Source: Paraglomus brasilianum (Eukaryota). Taken from it: a DNA stretch of 37,052 bases. Position numbers and translations under genes: made by a program. The notes beneath the pieces are model-generated. The model saw only the letters and a program-made list of their open reading frames with translations. It did no database searches and was not told the origin of the DNA. Location: positions 1 to 37,052 of the forward strand of contig CAJVPI010000277.1 of assembly GCA_910592345.1 (NCBI GenBank), written 5' to 3'. Below, one piece after another: positions 1 through 13,929 of the stretch. Numbering within the stretch: position 1 is the stretch's first letter; each line of letters opens with the position of its first letter.

Positions 1-75
1 CATCCAACGGGTGGTTGCAGCTTGACATACACGACCTTCATTGGTCCGTGATTCTGATGATACAATTTACTCATT
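1..75. repeat. Dispersed repeat copy A (similar to 1190-1266), cut by the window edge
   Basis: catccaacgggtggttgcagcttgacatacacgaccttcattggtccgtgattctgatgatacaatttactcatt aligns with catctggacgggtggttgccgcttgacatgcacgtccttcattggtctgtgattctgatgatactgtttactcatt. Confidence 0.85.
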
Positions 76-1189
76 TTCCCCCCAACTTATAGAATGAAGA
101 TTATACTTGTCCTCTGCTTGTGAAGGATCTGTCCCTGAAGCTGGTAGAGATGGAAGGTGAGTTTGCTGCTTGGCACGCCGGTGTAAAAGCAATGTTTTTC
201 CGATTGTTTATCCACCTGTTACTATCGTTTATTTGTATTATTACAGTTATTGGCACTACTATATGTGCTATTACATGTAACATATATAGCATTATATTGT
301 TAATATAAATAGAAGATAATAATTATATTAATATTATTCTTTAAATAATGAAATATTAATAATAAAGATTATAATAGCAAAAAAGAAAATAGTCAAATAA
401 ATTGAACTTGTTATAATTGAAATATAATAAACTGAAAATAACAAAGGATATCTAGATTACCCAATGATCGTTTCTTAATGTGATGGGAGGGCATAGGGTA
501 GATAATATAAAGATGTGTAAGATGTGTGCGTGGCGTGATTCGGGCAACGTTATGAAACGACCAAGTCGTTAATAGCAGTTAACAAGTATCCATTCGCTCA
601 GTAAATGCATAACTCTTAAGGTACATCCTGCTATCGATAATATTCTTACTGCACAAGTATAATAATAACATTGGAATGATGTCTAACGCGTCTACTCATA
701 CATATAGCACTTTGCTACAACTCGTTTTGAACAACGACACGGTTTATCGACCACATAACCAACGCAACAGACCTTTGTCGCACGTTCGCTTTTGAGGTAA
801 GAATTCTTACTAAGTAAATCTGTTGAGAGTCTGTATCCGAAAGTATGCTGCCACTAGGTATAAAAGCCAGATAATCTTGAAAGCTCTCCGTGGCCACACT
901 TGTAGATTGTTTGTCGTGAGTATGTGTGTATCTGAAGGGACGCTGCCACTAGGTGTAAATCGTAAGTTTTCGAAGCACGCGGAGTGCAAATTAATCGAAA
1001 ACTGTTACCGACAAAAAAGCGTGAGCTTTTGTGGTGAATAGGATACACGAAAAGTAGTTGGGCCCTGATTTACTTGCTGTGAACGTTCGATTATCCGCTC
1101 CGAAGAGTCGTCTGTGCTCACGGCGCGCACAGGCGGCTGTAGTGAATAGGTACATGGGACGTTGATGTGAAGTCATCGATCAAGCGTGA

Positions 1190-1266
1190 CATCTGGACGG
1201 GTGGTTGCCGCTTGACATGCACGTCCTTCATTGGTCTGTGATTCTGATGATACTGTTTACTCATTC
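1190..1266. repeat. Dispersed repeat copy B (similar to 1-75)
   Basis: Direct repeat with scattered substitutions. On the minus strand both copies begin ATGAGTAAA (MSK.YHQNH.PMK). Confidence 0.85.
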
Positions 1267-4200
1267 CTTTGTTAACTAAATTTAAATTTTTATAGGGGGC
1301 TTCGCCCCTGTGGCTGTTAAGAAGTGTCATTTGCGAATACGTTTAATTTTATACAGTATATATTTATTGTGATGCTGAAGTCCACATGTTCGATTTCTAT
1401 TACATAATCGTCACGGGCTCATTATTTTAAATTACGTTCATTGTCACAGATACATATTGCCTTTTCAGAGAAGCAAAACTATCATAACTACGTTTGTTGA
1501 GAAGGGGCACACATGATAAAAATACACATTTGCGCGCCAGGTTATACTCCAGCAGATAAAGGAGGGAACGATTAACGAATATGTCATTACAAAATTTTCC
1601 TGGCTTTAACCCTTTGCTGTCTCATCTGATGTTTGAATAGGGAATAAGCTGGAGATTTGATTACGCCAAGTTCGAGCAAGGGGTACATTTGTTGCAGACT
1701 TCTGATATTTGAATGGTTTGATCTGTAGACTGTTTAATTGAAAAACGTAACCTAATTTATACGTACTGTATGTAGCGGCATGTCTTCTAGTTTTGTGACA
1801 GCGCCAGCTAATTCAAGGATGTCATCAACCACGAACTATTTTTTTGGTATGTAGACATCGAAGTGAATGGTAATGGAATCGAGTGGATGAACAAGTTTTT
1901 TTTTGTTATTAGGAAAGGGATCTAGTATGATGAAAATTTATATTTTTCAGATGTACAGCGTGAAGGGAGAATAGCTGCCTCATTTATAGAGAGAACAAAA
2001 CGGCACATTTTTTAGTATCACTATTATATTAAAGTGTAAGCGTAGCGAAAGCCAATGGAATCATTAGATATATAATTTGGTGCATCGAAATAAATTTTCT
2101 TTGTATTTTTCTGGTACAAGAATATTTACAAAAAATAGAAATATGGTATAAGTTCAGATTAATTTTCACGTAATCTTTTACTATGTTGGTTGGTATGCTT
2201 GATAAGTTAGGAGAGCGATGAGCTAAATAGTTTAAATGTGAACAGTATTATTTTGGTTGTGCAGCAGAAGACATAAGAGTATTTAGCGAAAGAGATTGGG
2301 ATAAGACTTTATTTGTTAGTAGCAAAATATAGAGGAATCGTTATGAGAGGGAAATTTGATTGTTGGAATCATTATAAGAAATATTTGTGGAAATGGAAGA
2401 TACATAGTCATCGGTTTGATACAGCTGTGTACTTAATAAGGTAGAGCAAGCGCGTACGCTGGGAAAATGTATAGTATAGTAGAAGAACGAATGAGTATTA
2501 CAATAAATAGTTTATTTATTATTGCTTTCTGAGAAAATATCATTTTGAATAAGATATTGTTTTATTGGTCCTTCTGTGTCGGAGAAATAATCAAGCTTGC
2601 TTTGGTAGTCGTGACAAGAATATTACGGGAAATGGGAAATACGAGTTATCGGTCTAATATATACAGTATGTACAATAACTTCCTATGTTAAAGACGCACA
2701 ATGTGCAGTATAAGAATAGCAAGTCAATAGAATTAAATAGGTTTAGTGAAATTTCCGGGAAAATGTAAATAGTATCAATTTGTTGATTCATTCACAAGTA
2801 ATAAAATATGATTCGATAGTAACAAAAATATGGCTATTATATCAATAGATCATAGTGAAATATGAGAGTAATCGTGTGAATTAAAAAATGAAGTGGATGG
2901 GTTATAGCTTTATTTCTAGACGTTCATATTTGCGTATGACAGCTTGATCAACTTGTTTATCTAAGCAGGGAATTTCTACGATGGTGCACGGCTGAGTTTG
3001 ACCAGTAGCGAAAAATTGTTTATCCAGATGTAGAAAGATGTGTGGCGATGTTAGCCTCGAGACCACTGTGAGAGCAAAACAATGTTGTAAAGGAATTGTT
3101 TGCAGGAGAATTTATGCCATTAACGTGTACTAGAAACCTATTACCAAGAAAGTAATGTAGATTTGGTCGAAAACTACTTAGACTGGTAGTATGTTGATAA
3201 GGGAAAGATATTTCTTTGGTATATTGAGAGGTATTGGAGCTAGTGTAAGGCATGTTCGATTATTATTGGAATTTGATTTGCATTAAATTAGCAAATTGCA
3301 ATTTTGGCTGCGATTTAGGCGTGGATTAGTATAGTAAGATTTATTTGGCAAAGGATAAGTAATGGCATTATTTCTGACTACCATTTTGCAGATTGCGGGT
3401 ATAATAACGCGAGCAATAAGAACAGTGAATGCGTTCATAAAGTAGGCGTAAAACTTTTTGCAGTTTATCGGAAGGACGCCAGTATGTGGTATTTGAAGGA
3501 TTATAAGTTTGGGGAAGTGGGTATTTCGGATGGTGGAGTAAAAGATAAGGAGGATGAGAATCGATGGTCATTAATAGACCAACCACAAATTAGAATCGAC
3601 GGTAAATATATGTTGTGGCTTATTAGGAAATAGAATTCTCTGATGATAAAAAAGAGGCAGAATATTAATCACGGCTTAAGAAGATGTATGTATGCGAATA
3701 GATCAACTCACTAAATGCACACTCCCTATATGCGCTACTCTATCTCGGGACTTAGTGCTTAAATGCACACGTGCACACATGATTTTAAGTATAAATTTAG
3801 TAAGCAGACATTACATCAGTCATAAAGTTTTGTCAGTAAATCATCACTATAGCCGAAAGTTAAAAGACCTTGGGAAGAATTATTTTGTACCATTTAAAGA
3901 CACACATCTGAAATCTACTCTGCTTATATCTTTCGGAAAGTACTAATGCACTATGATCATGATACTGCTGACCAATTATAGCCGTGCTGACATGTCAGCA
4001 TGTGTCCATCGAATAAAGTAAGTGGTCCAAAAGTTAGTTTTCTTTATTACATATAAAAATTTATGGAATTAAATAAATTACAACTGTGCAATACTTTTGT
4101 CCCCCTCCTGTGTACGATTGGTATTGGCGTTAGTATTAGAACTTTTATGCAGATAGGATAAACAATATTAGTTATAAACCAAGAAATCCAACATCTGATG

Positions 4201-4832
4201 CTTGCTAATATTAACATGCCTATCGAATGTTGAGGATAAAGCATCAGCGACATAATAACATGATCTGTAATTGATTATCAGTGCGTTTATTTATGGAACC
4301 TAACTCGGACATGTTAATATCATAGACTTTGCTAAAGATAACCCAGCGCGAGATGATCGGATAATCAATGAAAGTGTATAATAATATCGATATAGTATTC
4401 TTCCTGGAAGACATAACATAAAAAGGTTGGTGTGGGTATGTAAACGAGGCTTGGATTGTGCTATACTTATTAACACTTCTTTTTCTGTGAAGATACTGTA
4501 TTAATATTAACAAAGTGCTTAATCTAAATTATTTCGATAAAATAATTCCTTCGTTAATTGGAATTCTATAATCACCTACGTTGCTAACAAAAAGTAACAC
4601 AAGTTCCGTCTGGAAACTTATTTCATATACGTAATAGACCTTTAACCTAACAAAAAACCCCATCATAAAAGAACAAAACAAGAGACACTAAGAAAGCAAC
4701 AAAAAGTAAAAAAGCCGAACATCCTCCGAATATCTGATGTTTTATATTATTGTCAGTACAATAGTAGCATAATGAATTATAGCTTTGTAAATTGGTTTGA
4801 CACATAGAATCTCACCTTATTTCGGAAAAAGG

Positions 4833-5327
4833 ATCGTCCGGGGTGTCGGCTCATTGGACGACGACGACGACAACTAAAAAGAAACGAGTCATTGGAAATT
4901 ATTAAAACTGACTAGCAAAGAGTGAATGGGCAAGCTTTTCGTTTGCGAGACTTTGTGATAACATAAATTAGCATATACGAACCAACTGCAATCAATCAAG
5001 ATCACACCCATTGTCACCTTTCGTTGCCTCTATTGGTGACGCCCCCGTCCGTCGAAAATAAAGGAAACCGCTTTGCCGGGGGTTTCCTGGATGGTTGAAA
5101 ACTCCTCCAGAAAGCAGTATTGCTGCGTTTGAAACCAGCGAGCAAGAGTCGTCCGGCGGCTCATTGTCGGATGGCTAAAAAAAAAGTCATTGAAGATGAT
5201 TAAGAGTGAATGGGCAAGCTTTTCGTTTGCGAAACTTTGTGATAACATAAATTATCATATACGAACCAACTGCAATCAAGATCACACCCATTGTCATCTT
5301 TCGTTGCCTCTATTGGTGACGGCCCCC
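4833..5327. repeat. Local direct duplication; near-identical ~125-bp cores at 4918-5045 and 5202-5327 with diverged upstream flanks
   Basis: aagagtgaatgggcaagcttttcgtttgcga...tcgttgcctctattggtgacg occurs twice with a few substitutions and a 4-nt indel. The flanks tcgtccgg..cggctcattg..gtcattg are also shared. Confidence 0.9.
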
Positions 5328-7995
5328 TTGCAATGCAGAAAAAGAGAAAGGCCGACAATCGTCTAATCGTTTTATTGTTAATGAAAAAGGTTGGGGTTTT
5401 TGGTTTGGTTTTTTTTAGATAGTTAGTTCTGTGTATCAGAACTTTTGGTACGTTGTTGTAAGGCATATTGCAAAGCGTGAGCGTATCCGTTGCTAATAAT
5501 AGTGCCAATAATAGTGCTAGGGCGAGATAGCCTTACTGTTATTATGCGCTGGAAGGCTTAAAGCGCAAAGTTGTTTTTTTTCTTATGCACGGTGTTCTTT
5601 TTTAAAAAGGGTTTTCCGGGTTCACATAATATTCCGGTTGAATTACTATTACTATTACGTTATCACGGTAATTTCCGGGCGGTACGGGTGTAATCTTGGA
5701 TGAAGAAAAGAAACGCTAACACAAATCGAAAAATAAAGTAAAAATAAGATACCATACCAATACAGAGACAAAAGTTATTGAAAAAACAATCGGGGAACAG
5801 CTTTTCAAACTTAATAAGCTCAAGAATTAATGCTATATGTAATATGGCTACGTTGCAATTTATGGTGCAGGTGTTACATAATTATAATGTTGCTATGCTG
5901 TATGCTTGGTAAAACAACTCGTTCAGTCATTAAGATTATGTTTAAGTAGTCCTTGACAGAAGTGCTTATTGCTCAATGTAAGTTATATATTTATTACATC
6001 CAATTTTCAAAGCATCAATTATAGTCTTCATTTTGGTTATACCATGTTATATCAGCACAACAGATAAGTATAACAGGTAAGTTGGAACCCATAAGATCTT
6101 GAAAATTTATATTAACATTACTAGTAAGTATGTGTATATTGTAATTGTTAATAGGATGCGTCATTAGAGTTCTAACTTTCTCATAATTGCTATACTTTGT
6201 CAGCTATTTAATCACGGTTTACATCGAACGTCTAACTGTTACAGCTATAACTGATACAGCTTGACATTAAAATATTATACTCAATCAAAGAAAACATTGA
6301 TGCAATTTTCATATGTAATAACAACACAAATTAGTATTAATCAGCATAAGTATAATTTATATAGTAAACAGCAGATACATATTCCATAATAAATTTAAAT
6401 AAGCAAGCACGAGTAGAAAGCTTCAAATGAAGTCTTAACAAAATAATAACACACACACATATTAATACTTTTGCATTTCAAATAAGAACAATGGCTATGC
6501 AGTGGCATTAGCATTTGATGACTGTATAGCAAGGAGCCCTGAATTGGCTGTTTCCTTTGCAGTAATAGTAATCGTATAAAGAGTAAACCATAATATAACA
6601 ATATACTGCTACAAGCGGTTGCGCTGGAGAGAGCTAGTGTTCAAGTTTGACCGGAAAATACTTAACTATAAATGCAATTTTGACAAAGCGTCAGAGACGT
6701 TAAAGGCAACTTTTTTATATCTTATTGGAACTTAATTAACTATTCTTTCCTATCAGTACAATACTATAGCATTTACAGCTGAACGTTAATCTAGCTTTTA
6801 TTTTAATATTCGTAAGCAATAAACGCTCCCGTGACGCGTAGAGTAACAACTAACAGTATTTCTAGTCGATGAGCATATTAATTAGAAAAAGCGATTTTCA
6901 TCGCTCTCATCTACACCTAGTAAACGGGTTTGTTTACTAATTTTACTACTGTTCGTATTATATGAACACTATTACTATTACGAATTAATGTTCTCTATTG
7001 TTGATATTATACTTCAACTTTGGAATTTATACAGTAAGAATGATTACATTTGTTGCCAAGCCACGACTTTATTTCCGAGCTATATTTGACCATTACTATT
7101 ACTATTATCATTGCGAAATTTAGTGATCGGATCGTCACTAAATGATAATGTAAATGATAGCATCTCAAAATGTAACAGAATATATATATGTACACTGCTA
7201 GCTACTTCTATACATCAGGGGTTTATGAAATAACTTATAGACTTGGTATTGGGTCTATAAAATTTTACAGTAGATCATGATAATGGGTGTTGGAGGTCCA
7301 ACAATTGGTTTGGCCTTAGACAATTACGACGAAAGATATCCCTGCACATACCAGTTACTAAGTGTCTGATATGATGTACCTTTCCATAGGATCTGACTAG
7401 TATAATATAAGACAATGCCAAGACGACCTAATCACCGTACTAAATATGGTGACAGAAGAAGCAATATTCTTGTCTTCTAAGTTCTGCTGTGACAGGGTCC
7501 ATACCTTTAGAAAGAACGTTTTATTGGGTTAGAGCTAACCCGATCCAGAAATTTAATAGACGGATCTGATGGATAATAAGAGGGGACTTGTACAACCTAT
7601 GATTTGGATTATCTTGCATAAAAGGAGTTCAGAGGAATTACGGCTGCGTGCGAACAAATGGAGAGCTTCCCTACTCCACATCCTATTCATGTTTGTTGAT
7701 ACCACAAGATTTAAAAGATTGAAAGCCAAGACAATATAATCCAATAATCTGTACGATGGTAATAGCCGATGGCGGTCACCATGGCCGTCAATTGTTTGAA
7801 TGGTTTAGGGATGCATTGACGTAATTTTATTGCTATCCCCACAAAAGTCTAGAGTGCGGGGCATGTCGTACAACACCAATTGAGCTAGTCAGAACGGCGG
7901 GGGTACGTCTTATTGTTTATACCGAGATAGTTAGTATAAAACAGTTCGTTTATCGTACAAGTCGGGAGTATCCCCAGTGACGCATATGTCACAAA

Positions 7996-8001
7996 TGACT
8001 C
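7996..8001 (+). promoter_or_regulatory. Candidate Gcn4/CpcA-type site TGACTC about 430 bp upstream of ASN1
   Basis: TGACTC is present in the sequence, and ASN1 is a known Gcn4 target in yeast. A 6-mer can occur by chance. Confidence 0.3.
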
Positions 8002-8426
8002 CTGCCAAATCAAGTCGTTATCTTATCGGAGCAGCAATCTGAATCAGAGTAACGGCTGGCGCTTTATAAAATCAGATCAATATTGTTATGATTAGAAAGG
8101 GCTTGATTGTTACACATAGATGTTACCAAAGTTTCAATCAATGAATGTATATTTATTATTATGTATTTGAATTCAATCAATAAATTTGTGTTACGCAGAT
8201 AAGTAAACGCCTCATATAAAATGATATAAATGATGCTTATCAGTAATCTCAACCAAAAATCACTTCATCCATAACCTTCAAAATATCTGAAAGCGTAGTA
8301 CCTTGCCAACAGTATAGAATTTCTGTATGTATTATAAGATGCTTTCAAAACATACACTCAAGACCCAAATATAAACCTTTCTACTAACTATCATTGATAG
8401 TGCTATCACCTACCTCAATAGATACT

Positions 8427-10675
8427 ATGTGTGGGATCTTCGCTGTCTACAACTATCAGGGCGATATCAATGTATATCGTAAGAGGGTACTGATGTGTTC
8501 CAAGAAGTAACTATCTCTAATCTCTGTATACGTCTCGATCTGTACGATAAGACATTGAGCCTGACACTTTTCTTTCTTCTCTTTGTAAAGATTAAGACAT
8601 CGTGGCCCTGATTGGAGTGGATGTGTTATCAAAGGCAATCACATTCTTGCTCACGAGCGATTGGCCATCGTTGGAGTAGGTGAGTACACCAAGATAACCA
8701 GTTATAACTTGTGTCACACGATCGCTGATAAACTGCATGACAGGAAGTGGTGCACAGCCTATCACGAATAAAGACGAATCGATTGTCCTTGCGGTTAACG
8801 GAGAAATATACAATCACAAGGGATTGGAGAAACTAGTACCAGGTGCCAAATTCAGCACTCATTCTGATTGCGAATGTATACTTCACGTGGTATGAACAGA
8901 GTCTTTAATATCGACCGATGGTTGACCACAAAAACGCGGTTTGCATAATAATGAATTTATATCATTTCCTAGTACGCGAGAAAGGGCAACGCAGTTGTTG
9001 AACACCTCGATGGCATGTTCTCCTTTGCCCTTCTCGATGTCCCCAATAACAAATTATTGGCGGCACGTGATCCAATCGGTATCACTCCTCTCTACCAAGG
9101 ATGGTCATCTGATTCACCAGATACCGTGTACTTTGCCTCCGAGATGAAAGCATTACAGGATGAATGCGATAAAATCATATCGTTTCCACCTGGACATTTT
9201 TATGATTCATCTACGAAAGAGACGACTCGGTACTATCGTCCTCCTTGGTGGAATCCCAGCGCTGTACCCACAGCACCAATTGATTATAAGCTGTTGAGGG
9301 AATCGTTGGAATTGGCTGTGCGTAAGCGTTTGATGAGTGAAGTGCCATACGGGGTCTTGTTGAGTGGTGGCTTGGATTCTAGTTTGATTGCTTCAATAGC
9401 TCAACGAGAGGCAATCAAATTGGCTGCAAATCAGAATGGTTTTGCGGAAGGCGATGTCGATGAGAGTGAGTTTGTTTTTACAGCTGCTGCCAGTGATTTG
9501 TCTATGATATTTACGAGGGCATGAATATAACTCGTTACTTGGCTTTCCCTCCTCCCCCTTTCCCCCATAAACTCCACAGGCGCATTGGAGTCATGGCCAA
9601 AACTTCACTCATTCTCAATTGGCCTTCCACACTCACCAGACTTGGCTGCTGCCCGTAAAGTTGCAGATTTTCTTCGCACTATGCACCACGAGTTTACCTT
9701 CACCATTCAAGAAGGTCTCGATGCAGTGCACGACGTCATTTATCATCTCGAAACTTATGATGTGACGACCGTCCGTGCGAGCACGCCAATGTACTTGTTA
9801 TCGCGAAAGATCAAAGCCATGGGAGTTAAAATGGTGCTTAGCGGAGAAGGAAGTGACGAGATCTTTGGAGGATATCTTTACTTTCACGCTGCTCCGTCCG
9901 CCGCTGACTTTCATGAAGAGACCGTTACTAGGGTGAAGAATCTGCATACGTCAGATTGTTTAAGAGCCAATAAGAGTACGATGGCATGGGGATTGGAGGC
10001 AAGAGTACCGTTTTTGGATGCGTCATTCCTTAATGTGGCTATGAACGTTAATCCCGAGGAAAAGATGTTTAAACCTGGCGGTGAGAGAATGGAAAAGGTG
10101 CGTCTTTTTGTAACTGGAACAATATACGTTTTCATAGTATTTAATATTTAGATAAATACATATGGTGAAAATTCTTTTTGTCTAGTATATATTGAGAAAA
10201 GCTTTCGATATCTCCACCACTGGTGACGATCGACCATACCTCCCAGACTCGATTCTCTGGCGCCAAAAGGAACAGTTTTCCGATGGAGTAGGTTATAGTT
10301 GGATCGATTCTCTTAAAGCCACGGCAGAGAAGCATGTATCCGATGAACAGCTAGCCACTGCAGCTGAACGATGGTCCAAGGATACGCCAACAACAAAGGA
10401 AGCTTATTGGTATCGTGAGATGTTTGAGGACTCGTTCCCAGAAGATTCTTGCATCGAGAGTGTTGTCAGGTGGATTCCGAGATCCGATTGGGGTATGTAT
10501 TATATTATATTATATTATATATACGTGGCTGCATAAAGGACATGCATATTTGTCTTGTGTACATGTCTTTATACCAATCAATCGTAATTGCTGCCTTTTT
10601 AACACAGGTTGTCCTGAGGATCCTTCTGGTCGTGCCCAAACTGTTCACAATGCGGCATATGCTAACAATAAATAA
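8427..10675 (+). CDS. ASN1: Glutamine-hydrolysing asparagine synthetase, 7 exons (8427-8506, 8591-8679, 8744-8889, 8973-9465, 9580-10097, 10186-10492, 10608-10675), about 566 aa
   Basis: N-terminal MCGIF (Ntn Cys2), [53 protein letters not shown] and C-terminal DPSGRA. All introns are GT-AG and the summed exon length (1701 nt) is in frame. Confidence 0.97.
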
Positions 10676-11527
10676 CTATCATTTTTTACTTTCATATATC
10701 ATTTTACATTTTTTTAGTCATTACAAAGCATCTGCTATTCAATAGAATAGTTCAATATCTTAGACTATCTTGTTCTAATGAATGTAGTAATGTATATTTG
10801 GCGATTAATTACTTATATCAATATATATATACATGCACATATATTTCGTTGAATAAAAAACGCTTAATTGTCACTATAATACAGAGTATACACTTAACAA
10901 TGAGATTCGGCGGGGGGAAAGTATGCCTTGGAATCGTCATCAAAAATACTATTCACTTTTTTAATATCTCGGAAGTATTTCTATTTATTATTATAGAAAG
11001 CATTTTCTAATTTTAGCATGGTCGTCTTTTCAGACCATTTTGTGATCAGGAACTTTGTTTGGTACCCTATGATGTATGATGTGTGCAGTGATCGCAAATA
11101 TATTTCGACCTGTCGACCAAATACAAATGGAATGGTCATATAGTTTCCGAACGGAGAATAATACATCAACACTAGTAAAACAAATTTAAATAGCAAAACT
11201 TTGGAATATTTTTTTAATCCTAATGGTACCAAGCATACGCACGCGTATTCGTTTTTATTTTGGGTGCAACAAGTAGCCGTGCCATCGAAAGAAAAAGGAA
11301 ATTAATTGTAAGCAGCACATTCCGTGTCGGAATCGCCCAATCGTCACTCAATACAGGTCTCATCTGTAGTCGCCTAATTAATAAGGCATAGCTACTATAA
11401 CGCTAGTCCACTTCATCAAATGCATATAATAGGCATTCAATTATACAAGCGATTTATATGATAATATATTAATGTCAATTGGTATAGTAAATCAATACAT
11501 ATTATTACAATAAGTCCCCCCCGCATT

Positions 11528-12467
11528 CTACGAATCCTTCTTCTCATTTTTCATCTCATCTGACCTCTTTTCAATCTTGCTCTGCAATTTCCAAACATCA
11601 CAAAAGGTCACCTGCCCACTCCCCTTTTGCCATCCATCAGGTAACCGCTCCTCCTTCAGAATCACTTTTGCAGTCTCGACGTCAACCTCTTGATTAGTCG
11701 CTTGTCCCAGTACACTCAAAAGCAGGGCAGATTCACCATAAGCAGTTTTACGTTGTTTCATTCCAAAGCAGCAGTCTTTGTTTCGTTCTAGTGAGTCTTC
11801 GTACCGTATGTTACGGAATTTAGCGAGAGTATCGATGGTGATGCGGCCATCCACAGCATGGGAAAGAAGATCGTCAACTAGAGATGGATCAACCTTGATA
11901 TTGTTGCCTAGAGACGCATCTTGTCGTGTTAGAGATGCATCGTGTTCGATCACGTTATGCTTGCCGAAATCTTCGAGAGAGCTGGGTAACAATGTATGGA
12001 AGATATAATGAACAATGGTGACATTAGTGCAACGAGACTAGTTATAGAGAAAAGATAATTAAAAGGAAACGAGAGTAATGATTTACAAGAACGTTAACAC
12101 CGAAATGGTCATATACGCATTTTCCCTCTTTTAGCTATTACCACATATTAATTAGCTGATTGAACTTTTCTTACCATACTCCTTTGCTACCAACTAGATA
12201 GACAGCCATCCTCGCCATAAAGTTAGCGAATCCACGGGACACGTTCAGGTGTTTGTTAAGTGCCTCTGTTATTTGTGCAGCTGACAAATTCTTGCCGTCG
12301 TGTGGTCTACGTAAAGTGTGAAAAGCGTTATTATGTAGTATTATTTCAGGTCATGCATTCGTTAACTGATATGCTTACAAATAACCATGATTTGCTAGTA
12401 TGTTAAGTGCTGGGCATGGTGATCTGAGGTCTCCTTTGCCAGGCGGCTTCCACTCTGAAGTAGACAT
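11528..12467 (-). CDS. Short heme-thiolate peroxidase / unspecific peroxygenase (chloroperoxidase family), 3 exons (12379-12467, 12175-12306, 11528-11981), about 224 aa
   Basis: GDLRSPCPALNILANHGYLPHDGK (PCP proximal-Cys motif) and HNVIEHDASLTRQD (EHD-S motif). GT-AG introns keep the frame. Confidence 0.92.
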
Positions 12468-13929
12468 TATGCTGTTGATTAACGATCGTGCGAACTGTGA
12501 GAAATACAAGGTATTTATATGGAAATTGTTGCATTCAAATTCGGTAAATATTAAGAGTAATAGTAATAGTTACCTACTCTTCGGAACGTATGAGATGATG
12601 TCATACAGGCCTGATAACGCCATGCATTGATTTAGAATTTGGTAGATCACAATTAATAGTGCTTATCATGGTTCGCCACTTCTTGGCATCTACAATATTA
12701 ATATGTTAACATTGTAATGAATCGTTTCTCAAAAATGATATCATTTGAATATGCGTACTCGGCTGGCGACTGGTTGCGGACTTTTTTATTATACTGCGAG
12801 CAATAGATAATAGACGTCCGAGACTATTAAAGTTTATTACGGCTGGATGTGGCTGATAACCATATGCTTGTGATACAGACTTGGTTTGAGCAGCTGAGTG
12901 TTTTAAAGAAAATGATGTTTTGGAGAAATTCCCAACACAGAGTTCAGATCCAATAGTAAACCTCTGCCTGTTGTAACAGAGACGAAGGGATTCGCATTAT
13001 AGAAAGCATGTTTGGGCTTCTATTACTTTCTTTCGATTCATAAGAGTCTACAATTTCTTTTTGATCATTCGTGAATAGGACTGACATCCAATGTCATCAA
13101 TTGTGCATGCAGACATCTAAATGAAAGCTGGCTGAAAACTTGTCGAGCTCATACAAATTAAGAAGCATATGATGTAATTGACATGGAGCGCATCATTCAT
13201 ATAATTCATCGTCTGCATATCCAAATCAACGATCGAAGATTTATCGCCCTTTCGTAATTATGCTCCATCTATTAAGTTGTTATTCCGGTAAGTTGATGGT
13301 GCAGGGCTATCGCTAAATATCGTATTCTTTTTTACGGAATCAAAGACTGAGGGGACTGAGTCAAAAGTAGCACTATAACATGGGTTAGCAACCACAGTAT
13401 TGAATATATATTCCAGCGATGCGAAATATGTACATGTAACGTTGCGCCTTCGACATTAGCAACGTCGTAATTGAACGGGCACTCGTGTTTAGTTGACCAG
13501 TCAAAAATCGAACACGACGCGAACAGATGCGACTTAGTGATTATATGATAACGTGATCGTGTTCCGTGCTTATAAAGAATGGCTAGTTATTAATTCAATA
13601 TCAAAGTATGTATGTACAAGTTGCTCCTGGACTTTTCTATTGTACTGTACTTAACAAGATTATCACATTACTATTGCGATGCGCGAGAAATTATATAAAT
13701 TCCAATTTTAATTTGAGTTATCAATAATAATATCTATATTTCCAACAAACTTTTGTATGGTATACATCTTCGACGATATATAAAATGAGGGAAATTGAAG
13801 CATATACGAGAATTATAAGGTTGAGATGTGAATTTATTAGCGAGGGATGAAGAGTATGGATATTGGAAAGCTTTTTATATAATATATGAAATTCGTATCC
13901 ATCACTACAACTAAGATTGTTGAGTAAGT

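Noticed and set aside
3985..4000. Perfect 16-bp palindrome TGCTGACATGTCAGCA
   Set aside because: Isolated, with no associated feature; no function can be assigned.
7523..7544. Inverted telomere-like units GGGTTAG/CTAACCC (telomerase template or interstitial telomere)
   Set aside because: Only one unit per strand and no other supporting features; compatible with chance.
13439..13517. Two adjacent small hairpins (possible Helitron 3' end)
   Set aside because: No CTRR terminus at the expected distance and no Rep/helicase sequence nearby.
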